A stretch of DNA of 64,000 bases from Amphiscolops sp. MND2022 (taxonomy: Eukaryota), in contig OZ076409.1 in the NCBI GenBank assembly GCA_964187785.1, positions 9,860,001 through 9,924,000 of the forward strand, in the 5' to 3' direction. A program made the translations under genes and the position numbers. Position 1 is the first letter of the stretch. Each line of letters starts with the position of its first letter. Below the pieces are notes generated by a model. It was not told where the DNA came from. It ran no database searches and saw only the letters and a list, made by a program, of their open reading frames with translations. Of this stretch, positions 27,371-40,678 are shown piece by piece.

Positions 27371-27800
27371 TTTTTAGGAGTCGGAAAAAATTTTCGACTA
27401 CTTATGCAATCGTGTCGTTTTTTTTTCTTTTCTCCCGATCTTTTCATGAAAATTTCAAATTTCTCAAAAACTGTCCATACGATTTTGCACAATCATTCTA
27501 CACCCAAATTCTGCACCCCTGCGTGCTCAAAGGCATCAAAATCGTATGACTGGAATGTCAGAAACATAGGCAAAATTAGCCCAAAAATGGCCAAAATTAG
27601 CCCAAAAACAGCCATTTTTCGACTTTTTTTCGATTTTCTCAAAAACTGTCCATACGATTTGTACGAAATTTTCTACAGTCATTTTCTACACCATAATATC
27701 GTCTATATGTGCAATTTCAATAAAATCGTATAACGGATTGGAGCGAGTCAGAAGGAAAAAGACCTAAGCCGACTCCTTTACCGCATATGCGGCTCTAGTT
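27371..27800 (+). mobile_element. HINE-like element, family B
   Basis: 5' tttttAGGAGTCGG...tcgact. 3' CCGACTCCT, then the palindrome ccgcatatgcgg, then ctctagtt. Confidence 0.6.
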
Positions 27801-27913
27801 CCACCTTTTGGCCATCGGTTAGCAAAAACTGCAGATGCCACGTCGATGGTCTACGGATCATCGATGACCGACCACCTCTGGAGAGATTGTTCGCCAAACC
27901 GGGTACAAGTTTA

Positions 27914-28996
27914 CAGGGTTGGCCTGTTTTAAAACAGTTTTAAAACACAACAATAAACGTTTTAAAATATCGATAAAATACATTTTAAAACATTTTTTAA
28001 AACATTTTGAAATTTGAATAAGAAAATTCATTGTTTTTTATGTTCGATTGTTTTCACCCCCTATTTTTAGTCGGCGCATTTTCCTTTAAGGAAAAAAGCC
28101 CGACTATTACAGTGGCTAGTTTTTTTTCTTTTTTTTTTCGTCAGACCACAGAGCTCATCGCGTATGTACCACTTTTTACAGAAACTGATAAGTTCACTCA
28201 GGTAAGTTCGACCAATGCAAACTTACTGCAAAGGGTCCCCCCTTTCGTTTTTTACCTTTTTTACGTAACCTACAAAACCGGAAGACTCCAAAGGGTCCCC
28301 CCTTTCAATTTTTTTCGGCACTGTGCGAATTTTTTTTTCGAAAATTTTTATTTTTTCAAAAGAGTCCCCCCTTCGGATTTTTTGATATTTTGCAACAAAA
28401 AGTATGTTAATGAATCCCAAAGGGTCCCCCCTTTTCATTTTTCGGCACTATGCGACGTTTTCGAAGTTTTTTCAAAAAAAATTTTTCAAAAAAAATTTTT
28501 TCAAAAAAAATTTCAAAATTTTTTTTGTTTCCAGTCGAGTCGGGAAAAGTGGTTTTCCAGTCATATCGAGCATGCAAGGCACACTTTGGGTGTCTCGAAA
28601 GTGTTTTCAAAGCTTTTCATGAATACATCCTGGGCATATTTAGAAAACTCTGAGCTTTTTGAGCCTTAGATATAGCGCCGACTTTAGACGTTCCCGTCTT
28701 GTTTGAATGTGATATATCGTTTATGTTCAAAAATTCGTTTATGTTCAATTCGTTCAAAGCTGAGATGCCAACTGGATAACGAAGAGGCAGCCAATCTCTG
28801 CTTTTTGTATCGCCAAAAAACAAGAAATAATTTTCTTCAATTTACATTTCATTTAATGAAAGATTAAGAAACAATAATATCCGTTTTTCTCAGTTTGAAG
28901 TGGAAATTTTATAAAAAACAATAAAAACATGTTTAATTGCATTAAAAACTGTTTGCTTGTTTTATTTGATAAAAAACAAACTAATGACCAACCCTG
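27914..28996. mobile_element. hAT-like MITE (CAGGGTTGG TIRs) carrying a nested HINE
   Basis: cagggttggcc...gaccaaccctg. Flanks caagttta / caggtttg match at 6 of 8 positions. Confidence 0.6.
28064..28704 (+). mobile_element. HINE-like element, family A
   Basis: tttttAGTCGGCGC...cccgactat at the 5' end; gagccttagatataGCGCCGACTttAGACGttccCGTCTtgttt at the 3' end. Confidence 0.75.
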
Positions 28997-30720
28997 CAGG
29001 TTTGTCTTTGAAAATACACTACCGAAAATACATCACGGAAGCTATTGACAGTTCATGCGTTTGAACGAACACCTGATTGTCAACGGTTTAAGTGATCAAT
29101 GGTCACTCAAAAATTGGCAACTCAAGTTCGAAAAGTTTCATTAATTTTTCCGATGTATTCAGTTTTATCGTTTGCTATACGCTAAGTAAAACTTTGTAGA
29201 AAGCACCCAGTAAAGAAAAGGTTTCCCTCTTTCGTTCTATAAGCGAAACAAAAGTTCGATTTTGAACTACTTTATGAACTAGATTTTGCACTTGAGCGAG
29301 CTACTTCAGCTAATTTGTTTGAGCTGAGAAAAGCCTGACCTAAAAGTTTTCTAATCTTCCTGAATTACATAAATGAAAAGATACTTGACTACAAAAAACG
29401 GAAATATCATAATAGCAATATTAAATTCAAGTTGATCGATTAACCAAGTACATTAGAGCATTTTATCGGATTAAAAACGAAATCAACACGTGAATTTCGA
29501 TCTATTTCGCAATAAATTAGAGATTGGCCAAGTTGAATAAAACTATTACAAAGAACCTTTGATTCAGTTTGAAGCTGCTATAAAAAACTTTCGAAATTTG
29601 CCTGCTTTAATAAGTTTCTAGATCACTCGGGAGATCCGATCATTCTCGTTTGATGTATTCTTGTCAAGTTTTGGGTAACTTGCAAAGTATACAGAAGATA
29701 TACCAACGGGCTGTTTTCATGAATTTTACTATATCTTTTGAATAGAATAAGCTTCTATTAAATTATAATTTTGTTATGATCTGCGGAGAATAAGTTTGGC
29801 GACGTTGAATGACGTTGAATCTTTTGAGAAATCGTGTCGGGTTTCACACTGGTTTAAACGAGTGACGTTTCTCGTTCCTATGCAGAAAAGTCTTCAAGTA
29901 AAAACTCTTCTTTTGAAATGTAAAAATTTAGGATTCTGCTCAAATTTATTTCCTGACGGTGTTTCCTATCATATACCCATAGAAAGGGCATTTCGGTGGA
30001 AGGCGGGCAACTACAAGTCCGGTCAAATCACTTTTTTTTGGTCCCTCGAATGCTTTTGGAGAACCTAGCTCGAGTGATTATAACAAATTCGAGAGTTTTT
30101 AGAGTTCAAACCAGTGGCCTCCGTTTGATTGGAACTGAAATAGCCAACTTCACAAGATTTTGATCCAATACATCTTTTTTGGAAACTTGAGAATGCACGG
30201 ACCATGCTTCTTACCCCCAACACGAAAAAAAACTTTTATGCTTAAAAAATTTCTCGAGCGAATGAAAAAATTATAAGTTTATATAAATACTCAGAGGATT
30301 TCGATGTTTGCAGCAAAAAATTATCAGGAATTTTTGATATACTTTTCTAATAAAAAAAGCAAAATTTACCTCTCGAACAAGCTAAAATTGTAACCGTAAC
30401 GCAAATATCTATTCTAACGCAAATATTCTCCCCCATGAATAATAATGGGGGTAATGAGAAACATGGTCCGAACGCACTTTTAAATTTGAACCTGCATTCG
30501 ACGTGCATTGTTGTGGATGCTAGGTGTACAAGAGGAATCAGTGATGTCTTACAAGATTTTTATTCATCTTGCAAGATTTTGCATGGTCTTGCAAGATTCT
30601 TACAAGATTCATGCAAGACCGGCATCGGCTTGCCAGAAACTTGCATGTTTCTAACATGTTTTGTAAGAAACTTGCAAGATAAGTGTTCCAGACTAAGGTA
30701 AGTATGGAGATGTGTTTCAG

Positions 30721-30847
30721 CCGCAAAATATTCTGCTGTCTGCGCCTTGCCCCGAAGGAGACATCATTCTGGTCGACTTCGGACTCAGTCGTGCTCTGGA
30801 TGCATCCAGTGACCAGAGGGTCTTCGCCGGAACTCCGGATTATCTTG
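30721..30847 (+). CDS. STK17: DRAK/STK17-like kinase, exon C (PQN, DFG, activation loop)
   Basis: Acceptor tttcag. Encodes PQNILLSAPCPEGDIILVDFGLSRALDASSDQRVFAGTPDYL(A). Donor GTTAGT at 30848. HLDLK-PQNILL is typical of DRAKs. Confidence 0.93.
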
Positions 30848-33582
30848 GTTAGTGCTCAATGGTTGAATGAAATTTCATTCACATAAACGTTGCTTCGCAT
30901 GACATGTCAATAATATTGCCCGTTAGTCGTACGTGTAACCGAACGAGTTTTAAGAGGAACGATTGTAGTAAAATCGATCTCAAATGTGATTGGTCGACGA
31001 AATAAACAAACTACTGCATCGACTTTCATTCGATTCTGGTCGGTTGTCTTGCCTTGTCGACACGATCGAATATGATTGGATCAGTGAAAATATTCTCAAT
31101 TTTGTTATGCAACTATGATTGGTATCGAATTAAAAATGTTTGAAATGTATAAAATTTTTGCAATCGGACCAAAATGAAGACGTTTAAGGTTTTTTTACAA
31201 AAGAAGATGCTGAAAAATCAATTTGTTTTTTGGGTAAGTTTCATTTCTTGATCTTCACAAAAACGTATTTTCTTTTCTTTGAAATGATAAAATTCCATTC
31301 CACTACTTGTTATGTCATTTTCAATTCTTCATGATCGGCCAATTGCACAGTCGGCCAATTGCACCGTCGGCCAATTGATCTAGCACCACAAAAATCCACA
31401 GGTTGCAAACTCCAATTACGTCATCAATATCTAGTGGTTTCTGCAAAATCTCTCCATCTTTGAGAATTGTACCTTAAATTGAATGACCAACAAAACAGCA
31501 CTGAATTAAAATCCCTTGAAACTCGCTTCCGGTTGAGTTATTATTCGTTTTTTTAACTCTAAATGCTGGGTATGAATGAAATTTTGGTCAGTATCAAGAA
31601 TGTTCTGAACAGATTCTGCAGTTGTTCAGAAATGTTCGTATTTTCCGTCAACTTTCCAAGAATTTTGAAAGTTTTACATGCATGCACAAAAGAACAACAA
31701 AACGCAGTTAAAGTGAAGTAAAGAATAGACACAGTTCTTAAAATGATAATTTCAACTGAGTCACAAATTCCTCGACAAATTCCTAAGATAACACTTCCAA
31801 CAAGCTCTTTTTATGTTCACGTCAAGTTTATTTGTCGTCATTCGGGCTTTAGTTTTAAGCCTAGTTTATGACCAACTCTAATTGATATTTCGAAATCGAG
31901 ATGCTTGTGAAGATAACCGTGTATTTAATTTACTATGGGGGGGGGGGCATTTCTGTTGACACCTACGGGTACAATGGACGGGTGGCAACGTGACGCCCAC
32001 TCTGCAAATGACGTCATAAAACTGACGTTATGATAGATAAATGAAATTATGGTAGAGATTGAAAGAAGGGAAACTCTATGTATGAAATTCTAAATTTTCC
32101 ACAAGACACCTAGCAAAACAACCTAGCATACTTTCGCCAATTCGTCTCAAATACCCTAAGTTGCTGAACGTTGCCTAATTGAAACTGTTATTAGAGTTCG
32201 ATCCTAGGTTTGGACCTGAGTTTTTTTATAAATGGATCTTACGAAGTCTAGACAATGAAGATCAAAAAGATGTTTGAGCAACTCAATGACTCAAAATGAC
32301 AAAATTCAAATTGAATTGCCATAATGACCAAAGTTCACCAGCTTGAAACGTTTCTCGTGGGGTTCAAAAGGGTTTTGATTGTTTTTCGTCCGAAATCAAA
32401 GCATCAAACTTTGTCAGAATGAATATATATGATTCCACTGTTTAATTAAATCTACAGAAGTTGAAATGATTTTTCAAAATGAAACTGAAATCTCAACTGT
32501 TCAACTGAACTTCCTGTTATCTATCTTAAAACATGTTCTGTATTGAAATTTTTAGCTCAAGTTCTTTAAATCCAAAAAATTATGGGGAATTTTTTCATTG
32601 ACCTAATATCTCATTTTTGATAAAATTTTGATGGCTCTATGTTATCCTCAGGGCAGGCTCTTTATTAGTTTTGCTCAAAATATCCTTTTAATCTCTTGAA
32701 AACCGCTATGATGCAAATTATTGGCACTATCAATGCAACTGCAGCATCATTGTCTCTTTTAATGACACATTCATGAGGCAAAAATATGTTGTTAACCTTA
32801 ATTAACCTGGCCGTTTCTGCAAAGATTCAAGAAATTGGGTCTAAAAAATTCTATCATTAATATCTCCACCACTACGCATACCAGAGAAATGTATAGCACG
32901 TTTGAAAGGTCTGTACTAGGCTTTCATTTTGTCAGGTGAGCCCTTGTCGCTGCGCGCCCCATTCTTCAGATTTTTAGTTTTTTTTCCGGTACCACTCGGT
33001 TTTACTGCACAAGGTCTTGTTTTGGAAGGGTATTTGGTTGCTTTTCTTCATAAGCCAAGGACGTTTGAGAGAACTTAATTTTGCCAAAAAGGTAATTTCA
33101 GAAAAGTATGACCATTTTTTGCAAGAAAAACCCGTTTTTCATAGCTTTGGAGACAAATTAACTTTTTCTAATGCTTGTGCCGTTCAGGCAAAACACGGTA
33201 CCAAGAAATTGTAGAATCAAAAATGTGCTGGAGAATATGGGCTACTGGCAAAACGGATTAGAAGTTGAAAAAGGAGGGCTGCTTTAAAGTACCGCTTGGC
33301 GATTTAGTGTAAAAAGATTTTTCATCTTAGTTTGAAGTTTGTTCAAATCATTCGATGCAAAATATTCTGTTCTGTTTTTTTCCAATTAATCACATTACAG
33401 CTTTCCAGTTCTTGGACTATATCAGTTCGGTATTGATTCAGCTAAACGGATTTATTAGTTTAGAAAATGAATGATACTTTATCAAACTAATGAACGTTTA
33501 GGACATCAAAAAAGTCATCTGAAAACGTTTGAAGAAATCTTTTAAATACTTATATCTCGAATTTCTGATCATCGGTTTGATT

Positions 33583-34040
33583 TTTTAATTGGCGCATTTT
33601 GTAAAAAAAATGTGCCCGACTGTTACATAGTGAATAGTTTTTTCGTAAGACCACGGAATGTATGCGAATGGTCCACGTTTCAACAGAGCTTAAAATTTCT
33701 TCACGCCGCCAGTTTGTTCAACCAGCAGCCATGCGCGCTTCCCAAGCCGACGGCTATCGGTTCGATTCCCGATGAGGACTTAAAATCATTGTTTGCGAAT
33801 CTTTACGTGTCAGAAGGTACCCTTTGTTTTTCCGTCATTGTGCTACTTTTTTAAAAGTTTGTTCATCAATTTGGGTATTTTTTGATGTTTTTATCAAGAG
33901 AAAGCGTTTTTTGAGGCCACGGATTGCTGCTTCGAATATGTTTTGCCACTCTGAAAGTTATAAAAATTTTTCAAAAGCCACCCTTCGCCTTTCAATGAGA
34001 CTTAGCGCTTTTTGAGCTTCAAACGGGGCACCGACTTTAT
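33583..34040 (+). mobile_element. Degenerate HINE-like family A copy
   Basis: Ends ttttttaattggcgc...gcccgactgttac and tttgagcttcaaacggggcaccgact. Confidence 0.5.
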
Positions 34041-34951
34041 ATAATGAAACCGCAATAATAATAAAACCTTCACTCATCAACATTTTTGAAAAACTACTCT
34101 ACGCTGCACTCAAGTATTTGAAGAAGTCGGTCAGAGAAAGCCAAGACAAATGACACGGCAAACAGTCAAAAACTTAACAAAATGAAACACAAACACTTTC
34201 AAAATTGACAATCAGCTGCTACAGAAACTGCTCATTTTATTATTTGTCAACTTCACGATTTACGTACTTGATGACTAATCCGAACACCATTTTTGGTAAC
34301 ATGTTGGTCACACCTCGAGAAATTCACTCGAACAAATTTGATTGAACAATTCAAAAGAATGACACATTTGACCGTTCGACGATTCTTTGAAGTTCATTAT
34401 AATTTTTCGACAAAAAATGTCGTTGGAACATGATGTAGATTATCGTTCCATGACAAGGGAGGTAAAAATGGATCCAAATATTCTTTTTGTAAAAAAACAT
34501 TTACTTTGTTCCTGAGAACAACGAATATTTTCATTATTTTGTGCTATATTGTGAGGAAAAAGTATATTGGTCGAAAAGAGATCAGTTGTACAGCACTTTT
34601 TGGACTGTATTTACATCCATAAGTAGTAAGACCCCACTTTGAAGGGAACACACTGAATGGATTTTTCTACACGTCTAGTAATTAATTTCTAATACTTCAT
34701 AAAAGTTGGCCAAAAAATAGAGCCGAGTTACGTGTATTTCGCGTATACGATTAAAACCGTAATTTTTATTGGAATTTTCCATCCTTGAAGTAAATATCAA
34801 AATATATTGGCCTAAAACACTAATACAATGAAACAAAAATATATTGTATTCTACAAAACCGAAGATGAATATATTTTATTTATTTATTGTCAATATATTC
34901 AAACAATATATTTTTTTCACATTTCTGCCCATGATTTCTGGATTTTACATC

Positions 34952-35430
34952 CAGGGCTGTCATATTTTACTGTTAAAAACGATTTTTACAATTTAACATG
35001 TAAATTACGAATTTTCACATGTAAAATAGTAAAAAATGTGTTAAAATCATTTGTAGATCAATATCGTGCTGCTTTGATTTTGACGATGCCATGTGCAACG
35101 TCGTTTGTCTTAATGTTTTCGGGGCCGAAGGTCCCGCATTATCATTTTCAGATTCTGTCGCACCCTTACAATCTTTTTCAATGTGTTTTTCCATCCTTGC
35201 TGCATTATTGACAAATTCCAGCCCACAGTTTTTGCATTTTGCACGCTTGTTAGTTCCCGACAAAATTTCTTTGAAGTAGGACCACACTGGTTTCTTCTCT
35301 CGAGGCATCTCAAAATCTGAAAAACGCTGAAATCTCTGTTATCTGTTAAAAACATGTTAAAAATAGGGTGTAAATAACATGTAAAAAAAGGTCGTGTTAT
35401 AAACACATCGTTATTAACATGACAGCCTTG
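34952..35430 (-). mobile_element. Internally deleted hAT transposon retaining a BED zinc-finger ORF
   Basis: TIRs cagggctgtcat / atgacagccttg. Perfect 8-bp TSD TTTACATC at 34944-34951 and 35431-35438. ORF 35308-35015 reads MPREKKPVWSYF...AKCKNCG...RMEKHIEKDC. Confidence 0.9.
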
Positions 35431-37228
35431 TTTACATCTGAATCAAACTTTTCAACCAGCATTCAGTTTAGAGATTAATTGATTTTCACGAGCGTAATAG
35501 TCTTTTTTTTTCGCTGTTGAATCTAATTTTAGAAGCGTCATGTCTCGTAAAAATGTCCAGCAGCGTTTTGCGCAGTGGTTGAAATCTGGCAGATTATTGA
35601 TGTTCCGTTCTCACAATTAGATCACACGGCGCATGAAAGCTCTTACAACTAAGACTTGAACAAACATGCTGTCTCTCCGGATATCTAAACAGCATGTATC
35701 TTTTCACATGAAAAATTGAAGTTAACATTTCCAGGGCTTTAGTTTTCCGCTTTTGAAAAGTCAAGATTAAGTCAAGAGTTCAGTCACGTTTTGAGAATTC
35801 TGGGGCTGAGACTTAATGGTATTGAAATTAGATTGGAGTTGAATCTTTTCACAGTTAAAAACATTCTTACACGTTATTATTAGTGTATAAAACGAATTGA
35901 TGTTTTTGTTTTAGAATTTCCAAAGCTTTTTTGCTAGTGTGAAGTTTCAAAAAGCATCATTCCAGAGACTTTTGTTGAAGGTTGCAAAAAGTTTCAGGTT
36001 CGAAAATCTTCAATACAAATTATTGAGTTTCAGGTCAATGCAACAAACTTTTAAACCAGGCTGAATTACCGAAAATCCTGAAAATACTTTCGAAACATTG
36101 AAGCGTCAAACTGAATGTTTTTTGTGGTTCTTTGAAAGTTTTTTGAGAATTAGGTTCTATCGAAAATCCAGCAGATCACATTTCTAGATGAGCTTTTTTA
36201 AATATAAAACGGTAATGAGGTTAACACACATTTGGTCCGTGTTAGCATAAGCCAGACAAAATTGCTCCAGTGCATTTACTACGCAGCCAGACATCTGGAA
36301 AATACCATTATCCGGGTATTGACGACATATGTACGCAGTCTGAAACTTGAAACCTGTGTCATTTGAGTTGGTTGGGAATTTTGAATCCAAATTCCAGCAA
36401 TACGGGTTCACAGTTATTCCACTTTATTTTGCTTTAATGGTGTGCATTTATCTGAAGGTTGTTAGAATCTATGAGGAACATTGTTTACGCAGATGTAGCC
36501 ATTGTAACATGACACCGATATATACCACAGAATGTCGATACATTACATCCCTTTCAATAGTTGTACTCTTTTCGATTTGAGAATTCGAAAAATTTTCTGA
36601 CTAGCTGAAGCTATCTAAAGTTAGCCGAATTTAACCAAAACAAATATTTGTGTCGCGTTTAGGCAAAACAATGTTTCCGAGAATGTTTTTCAATGATTTA
36701 TCGATTATTGCCAGAAATTTTAACAGTTGGATAAGCCCTTGAAATTACAAGAAATTGTTTTAGATGCTTCTTGGCTTTGAGATTGTAAAAACAACAAGAA
36801 TGTGCAGTGATTGTGTATGAAACATTGATCTCAAGATATTCTTGTTTGCCTTAATGTCTGAAATAGCGCTCGGGCTAGGCTTGCAATATTTCCCCTGAAG
36901 CGACATGAAACTCTGTGTTTTTGATAACTTAACTTTCAAAAATGTTATTAAACTCTCTTAACCCGAACGCAGTTGATTAACCCTATTTCAATAATGATTC
37001 GACAAAGATATTTACTTTCGCTGAAACACAAAGACCTTGAACCAATTGCGAACCCATCCCTAGCATGAACGAGTTTGAAATATAGGAAATATTTCTCTAG
37101 GAGATACTTAGCGTTTAGTTCAATTCAAACTTTTCGAAATAATATTCCTCCATTCGTTAGTTTTCATTATCAAGTCAGGTGATTGTAAGCTTGTCCGTTT
37201 TTTTTTGACAAAAGTTTGAATGTTTCAG

Positions 37229-37277
37229 CCCCCGAATTGGTAAACTACGACCCCATAAGTTCAGCTACCGACGTTTG
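37229..37277 (+). CDS. STK17: DRAK/STK17-like kinase, exon D (APE)
   Basis: Acceptor tttcag. Encodes (A)PELVNYDPISSATDV(W). Donor GTTAGT at 37278; phases 1/2 fit the neighbouring exons. Confidence 0.92.
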
Positions 37278-37294
37278 GTTAGTTTTTTTATATC

Positions 37295-37666
37295 CAAGGT
37301 TGTTAAGGTGCTTTATTTATGAATGAAACATAAAAAAAACGTTTTTCTTTTTTTTTCACACACTTCTTTACAGTTGTTTATGGTCTAGTTTCTGACTGTT
37401 CAATTTTTTTGGTACTTTTTACATTTTTCCAGATACGTGGAAGATGATATCTGGAAAAAATCAATGAAGTGAATGACTTTCATGCTTTGTATTCATTTGT
37501 TACATTTTTGTACAATTAAATATTTGGCAAAAAATGTAAAACCATTGTGCATAACATTCCACGGTAGTTTTCACAAGCAGAAAAACAATAAAATACAAAA
37601 AACAGTATATTTTGGAAAAAAACATGTTTGAAACATTTTTCGGGTAAACTATAATTAACAACCCTG
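37295..37666. mobile_element. 372-bp hAT-like MITE with 8-bp TSD
   Basis: caaggttgtt...aacaaccctg. TTTATATC is duplicated at 37287-37294 and 37667-37674. Confidence 0.85.
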
Positions 37667-37754
37667 TTTATATCAGTGCTTTTTAATCCCCAATAATCCC
37701 CAGAAAAACCTCAATCCCCAAAAAGTTTTTTATCAATGCGGTGCTATTTTTCAG

Positions 37755-37934
37755 GAGCCTGGGAGTCGTTTGTTACGTAATGTTGACTGGCCAAAGTCCC
37801 TTTGCGGGAGAAACTGCTCAGAAAACGTCAAACAACATTTGCAACGTGGATTATGAGTTCCCAGAAGACTTGTTCAGCGGAATCTCGGAACATGCACAGA
37901 CGTTTATTTCTTCAATTTTCAAACGCAACCCAAA
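37755..37934 (+). CDS. STK17: DRAK/STK17-like kinase, exon E
   Basis: Acceptor tttcag. Encodes (W)SLGVVCYVMLTGQSPFAGETAQKTSNNICNVDYEFPEDLFSGISEHAQTFISSIFKRNP(K). Donor GTTAGT at 37935. Confidence 0.93.
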
Positions 37935-38373
37935 GTTAGTGGCGAAAATAAGTGTAACTTCTTGAAGTATGCTTTATACCACTATTTCTTATAGATTTCC
38001 GAAATCATAATACCTAAGATTTTGGTTCATTTAAACTTCGACTTGAAAGTGGTTTTTGAAAGATTGACAGACAGCGTTCGCTAAAAGATTGGTAACGTAA
38101 ATATTAAAACTGTTTTTTTTTAAAGATTCTGTATGCAGATAAACAACGATAAAGAGATGGAAAAGGATGAAGTCACCCTTGACCTGATGTTTCTTGGTAT
38201 ATACGTCATGAAAACATTTGAGAAGTCACGTTTTCCCCCAAAAAATTCAACGTTGTTTTTATTGGGACAATAGAGGGCCCCCCTTTTTTTAAAGTTAGTT
38301 GTTTGTTTTGAAAAATGTTGTCAACAACATGCCCCCGTAATACTGATAATTTGGAGCGGTTGGAAGCACCCTG

Positions 38374-39980
38374 CAGGGCTCTTAAGTTGTTAGTTAAAAT
38401 AGTTTTACCAGTTAAAAACAGTTAAAAAGGAAAAAAGAACAAGCCGGGAACGGCCCAAGTCGGCGCCATATCTAAGGCTCAAAAATAGCAAAAGGACTTC
38501 AATATGTCAAAGTATTGGTGAGTTGGGGACCCTTTTATGAAAAAAAAATTTGGGAAAAAAGTCTCACAATGCCGAAAAAAACTGAAAGGGAGGACCTTTT
38601 GGGATTTTTCAACATCCATTCTGTTGCAAAACTCCAAAAAAATTGAAGGGGGACCCTTTCGTGGGGAAATTTTTTTTTCAAAAAAAGTCGCACAGTGCCG
38701 AAAAAATCTAAAGGGGGGACCTTTTGGTCTCGTCCGGTATTGTATGTTACGCGGGAAACCTTTTTGGTTCAGTTCCTTGGGCCAACAGGTACTTTTTGGG
38801 GTTTTCTGAATTTTGTTTGGGGGTTTTCAACATCCATTTTGTCGCAAAACATCAAAAAATTGAAGGTAGGAAAATTTTTATTTTCGGAAAAAAGTCTCAC
38901 AATGCCGAAAAAAACTGAAAGGGGGGACCCTTTGGTCTCTCCCGGTATGGTATGTTACGCGGGCAAACAGGAAAAACCTTTTTGGTTCAGTTCGCTAGGC
39001 CAAATGGTGCAATTTGGTGCAATAATATTTTATAGAACTTTGATAGAACTATTTTGGTCAGTTCAGGTGGTCTTAAAAAACACTGACGAAAAGCCATGAC
39101 TATAGTCGACTTTTTTCCAGAGAAAAGAGCCGACTAAAAAACATGTAGAACTTGTTTAAAATAATAACATCAAAAACAAATGTTTTCACAGTGCAATTCC
39201 ATCACTTTTTGTTCATTTGGCAGTAGATAAACGTCAGTTTACCGGACTTCTTAACGCCCATCGATGTTCCAAAGTTTCTTTGTATCCAAAGTATAGAACA
39301 GAAAAGTTTGTACCAGAACGCTGATGGCAACTGCCAGCGCAGGTTTCATGACCTTTGTCGACCAACCGTCAATCATCATTGTGAAAACTTTGACAATCTT
39401 TGACAATGTTTTCAACCTTCAAACTACTCTTCAGCAAGCAAAAACCTTGTCAAGTAGCGGACCCGCTAGCGTTTGTCGGCTCGGAATCTTGGTTCCTGGG
39501 CGCAAAATATTAACAAGATGCCAAAAATTTACGTTTTCAACAATAGCGGAAGGGCTGTTGGTCCCAACAACAAACTTGTGGTTATAGCTGCTTCAATTTC
39601 TTGCTGCTTAGTGTGCCCAGTGCTCAAAACCTGCAGACTTGACTGAATAAGGCCTGTTGTTTCGCTGCCGACGCTCCTTGTTAGGTGCTACAGTCACCAG
39701 TTTTCTTCGAGCAAGCATTAAAATGGTCTTTCATCCTTTCAGCATTTTTGACCATTTTGTGGTTGCAGGTCTTACACCTTGCCATGGCAACACCGACAAT
39801 TTTGATGACATCAAAGTGAATCCATATGTCTTTTTTTCCACGACATAAGTCATCTGAAACACTAGTTTTTAACTAGAACCCATAGAATTTTTAATTTGAT
39901 GACATTGTTTAGAAAACTGTGTTAAAAACAGTTTAAAAAAGGCTTGCTCAATAACAATGTTATTTAACATGACAGCCCTG
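38374..39980 (-). mobile_element. Decayed hAT transposon with transposase N-terminal remnant and a nested HINE
   Basis: Ends cagggctc / atgacagccctg. Minus strand gives KDIWIHF...ARCKTCNHKMVKNAERMKDHFNAC (BED finger), VENVNFWHLVNILRPGTKIPSRQTL and TMMIDGWS. No clear TSD. Confidence 0.8.
38438..39141 (-). mobile_element. HINE-like element, family A (reverse orientation)
   Basis: aagccgggaacggcccaagtcggcgccatatctaaggctc at the left; tatagtcgac...gagccgactaaaaaa at the right; gggaccc subrepeats inside. Confidence 0.75.
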
Positions 39981-40384
39981 CATCCGAACGTACGACAACT
40001 CATATCATTCAACAACGCATTTAAATCAAAACTCGAATCAGAAAACTGCAGAAATTATTCAATTGAAGAGCAACTATTGGAAATGAAGAGGTATTAATAG
40101 GATGCCATCGCTGACATCAAGTGCCTTGAATAATCATTTTCTTATCACACCTTGATCAAAAGGTTCGTAGAGAAAGAAACCTCGATTAGAACGCATAAAA
40201 TGCGAAATAACTCGACAATTTTTAAATTTATAATCGCTGCTATATATAAATTGTTTTTGAACTATAACTTGCAACCTATTGACAAACATGATTTGAGTTG
40301 TCACTATGCCCGTCTGAAGTATTTAGTTTGAAAGCGGTCGTCAATATTTTGGTTTTACAGTGATCCACAGAGGGTATTTTTTAG

Positions 40385-40678
40385 ACACAGAGCCACAATT
40401 GAAGAGTGCCTACAACACCCCTGGATCTGCCGTAACTCTTCCTCCTCCCCCTCCTCCTCTGAGAAGAAAAGTGGGAAGAACATGTTGCAAGTGGAAGTGG
40501 TGTCAACCTCGCCTGACAGGGAGCACGTGTTTTGGGTCAACGAGGATGACCCCGATCATGACCCCAACGACGCCTCCAGGAGTGCTAGCTGCAGTCCCTC
40601 CACGTGCTCCGAAAGTTCAGAAAACTACTCGTCTCCTCTACAGACATCCAGAGCTCCGGGCTCCACCGCAATTACCAG
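40385..40678 (+). CDS. STK17: DRAK/STK17-like kinase, exon F (end of kinase domain and Ser-rich tail)
   Basis: Acceptor ttttag. Encodes (K)HRATIEECLQHPWICRNSSSSPSSSEKK...PGSTAIT(R). Donor GTCAGT at 40679. Confidence 0.85.

Noticed and set aside
28031..28669. 212-aa ORF, and similar Phe/Lys-rich ORFs at 2294-2618, 6864-7140 and 38537-39099
   Set aside because: They lie within HINE-like repeats, are low complexity and open in several frames, with no domain.
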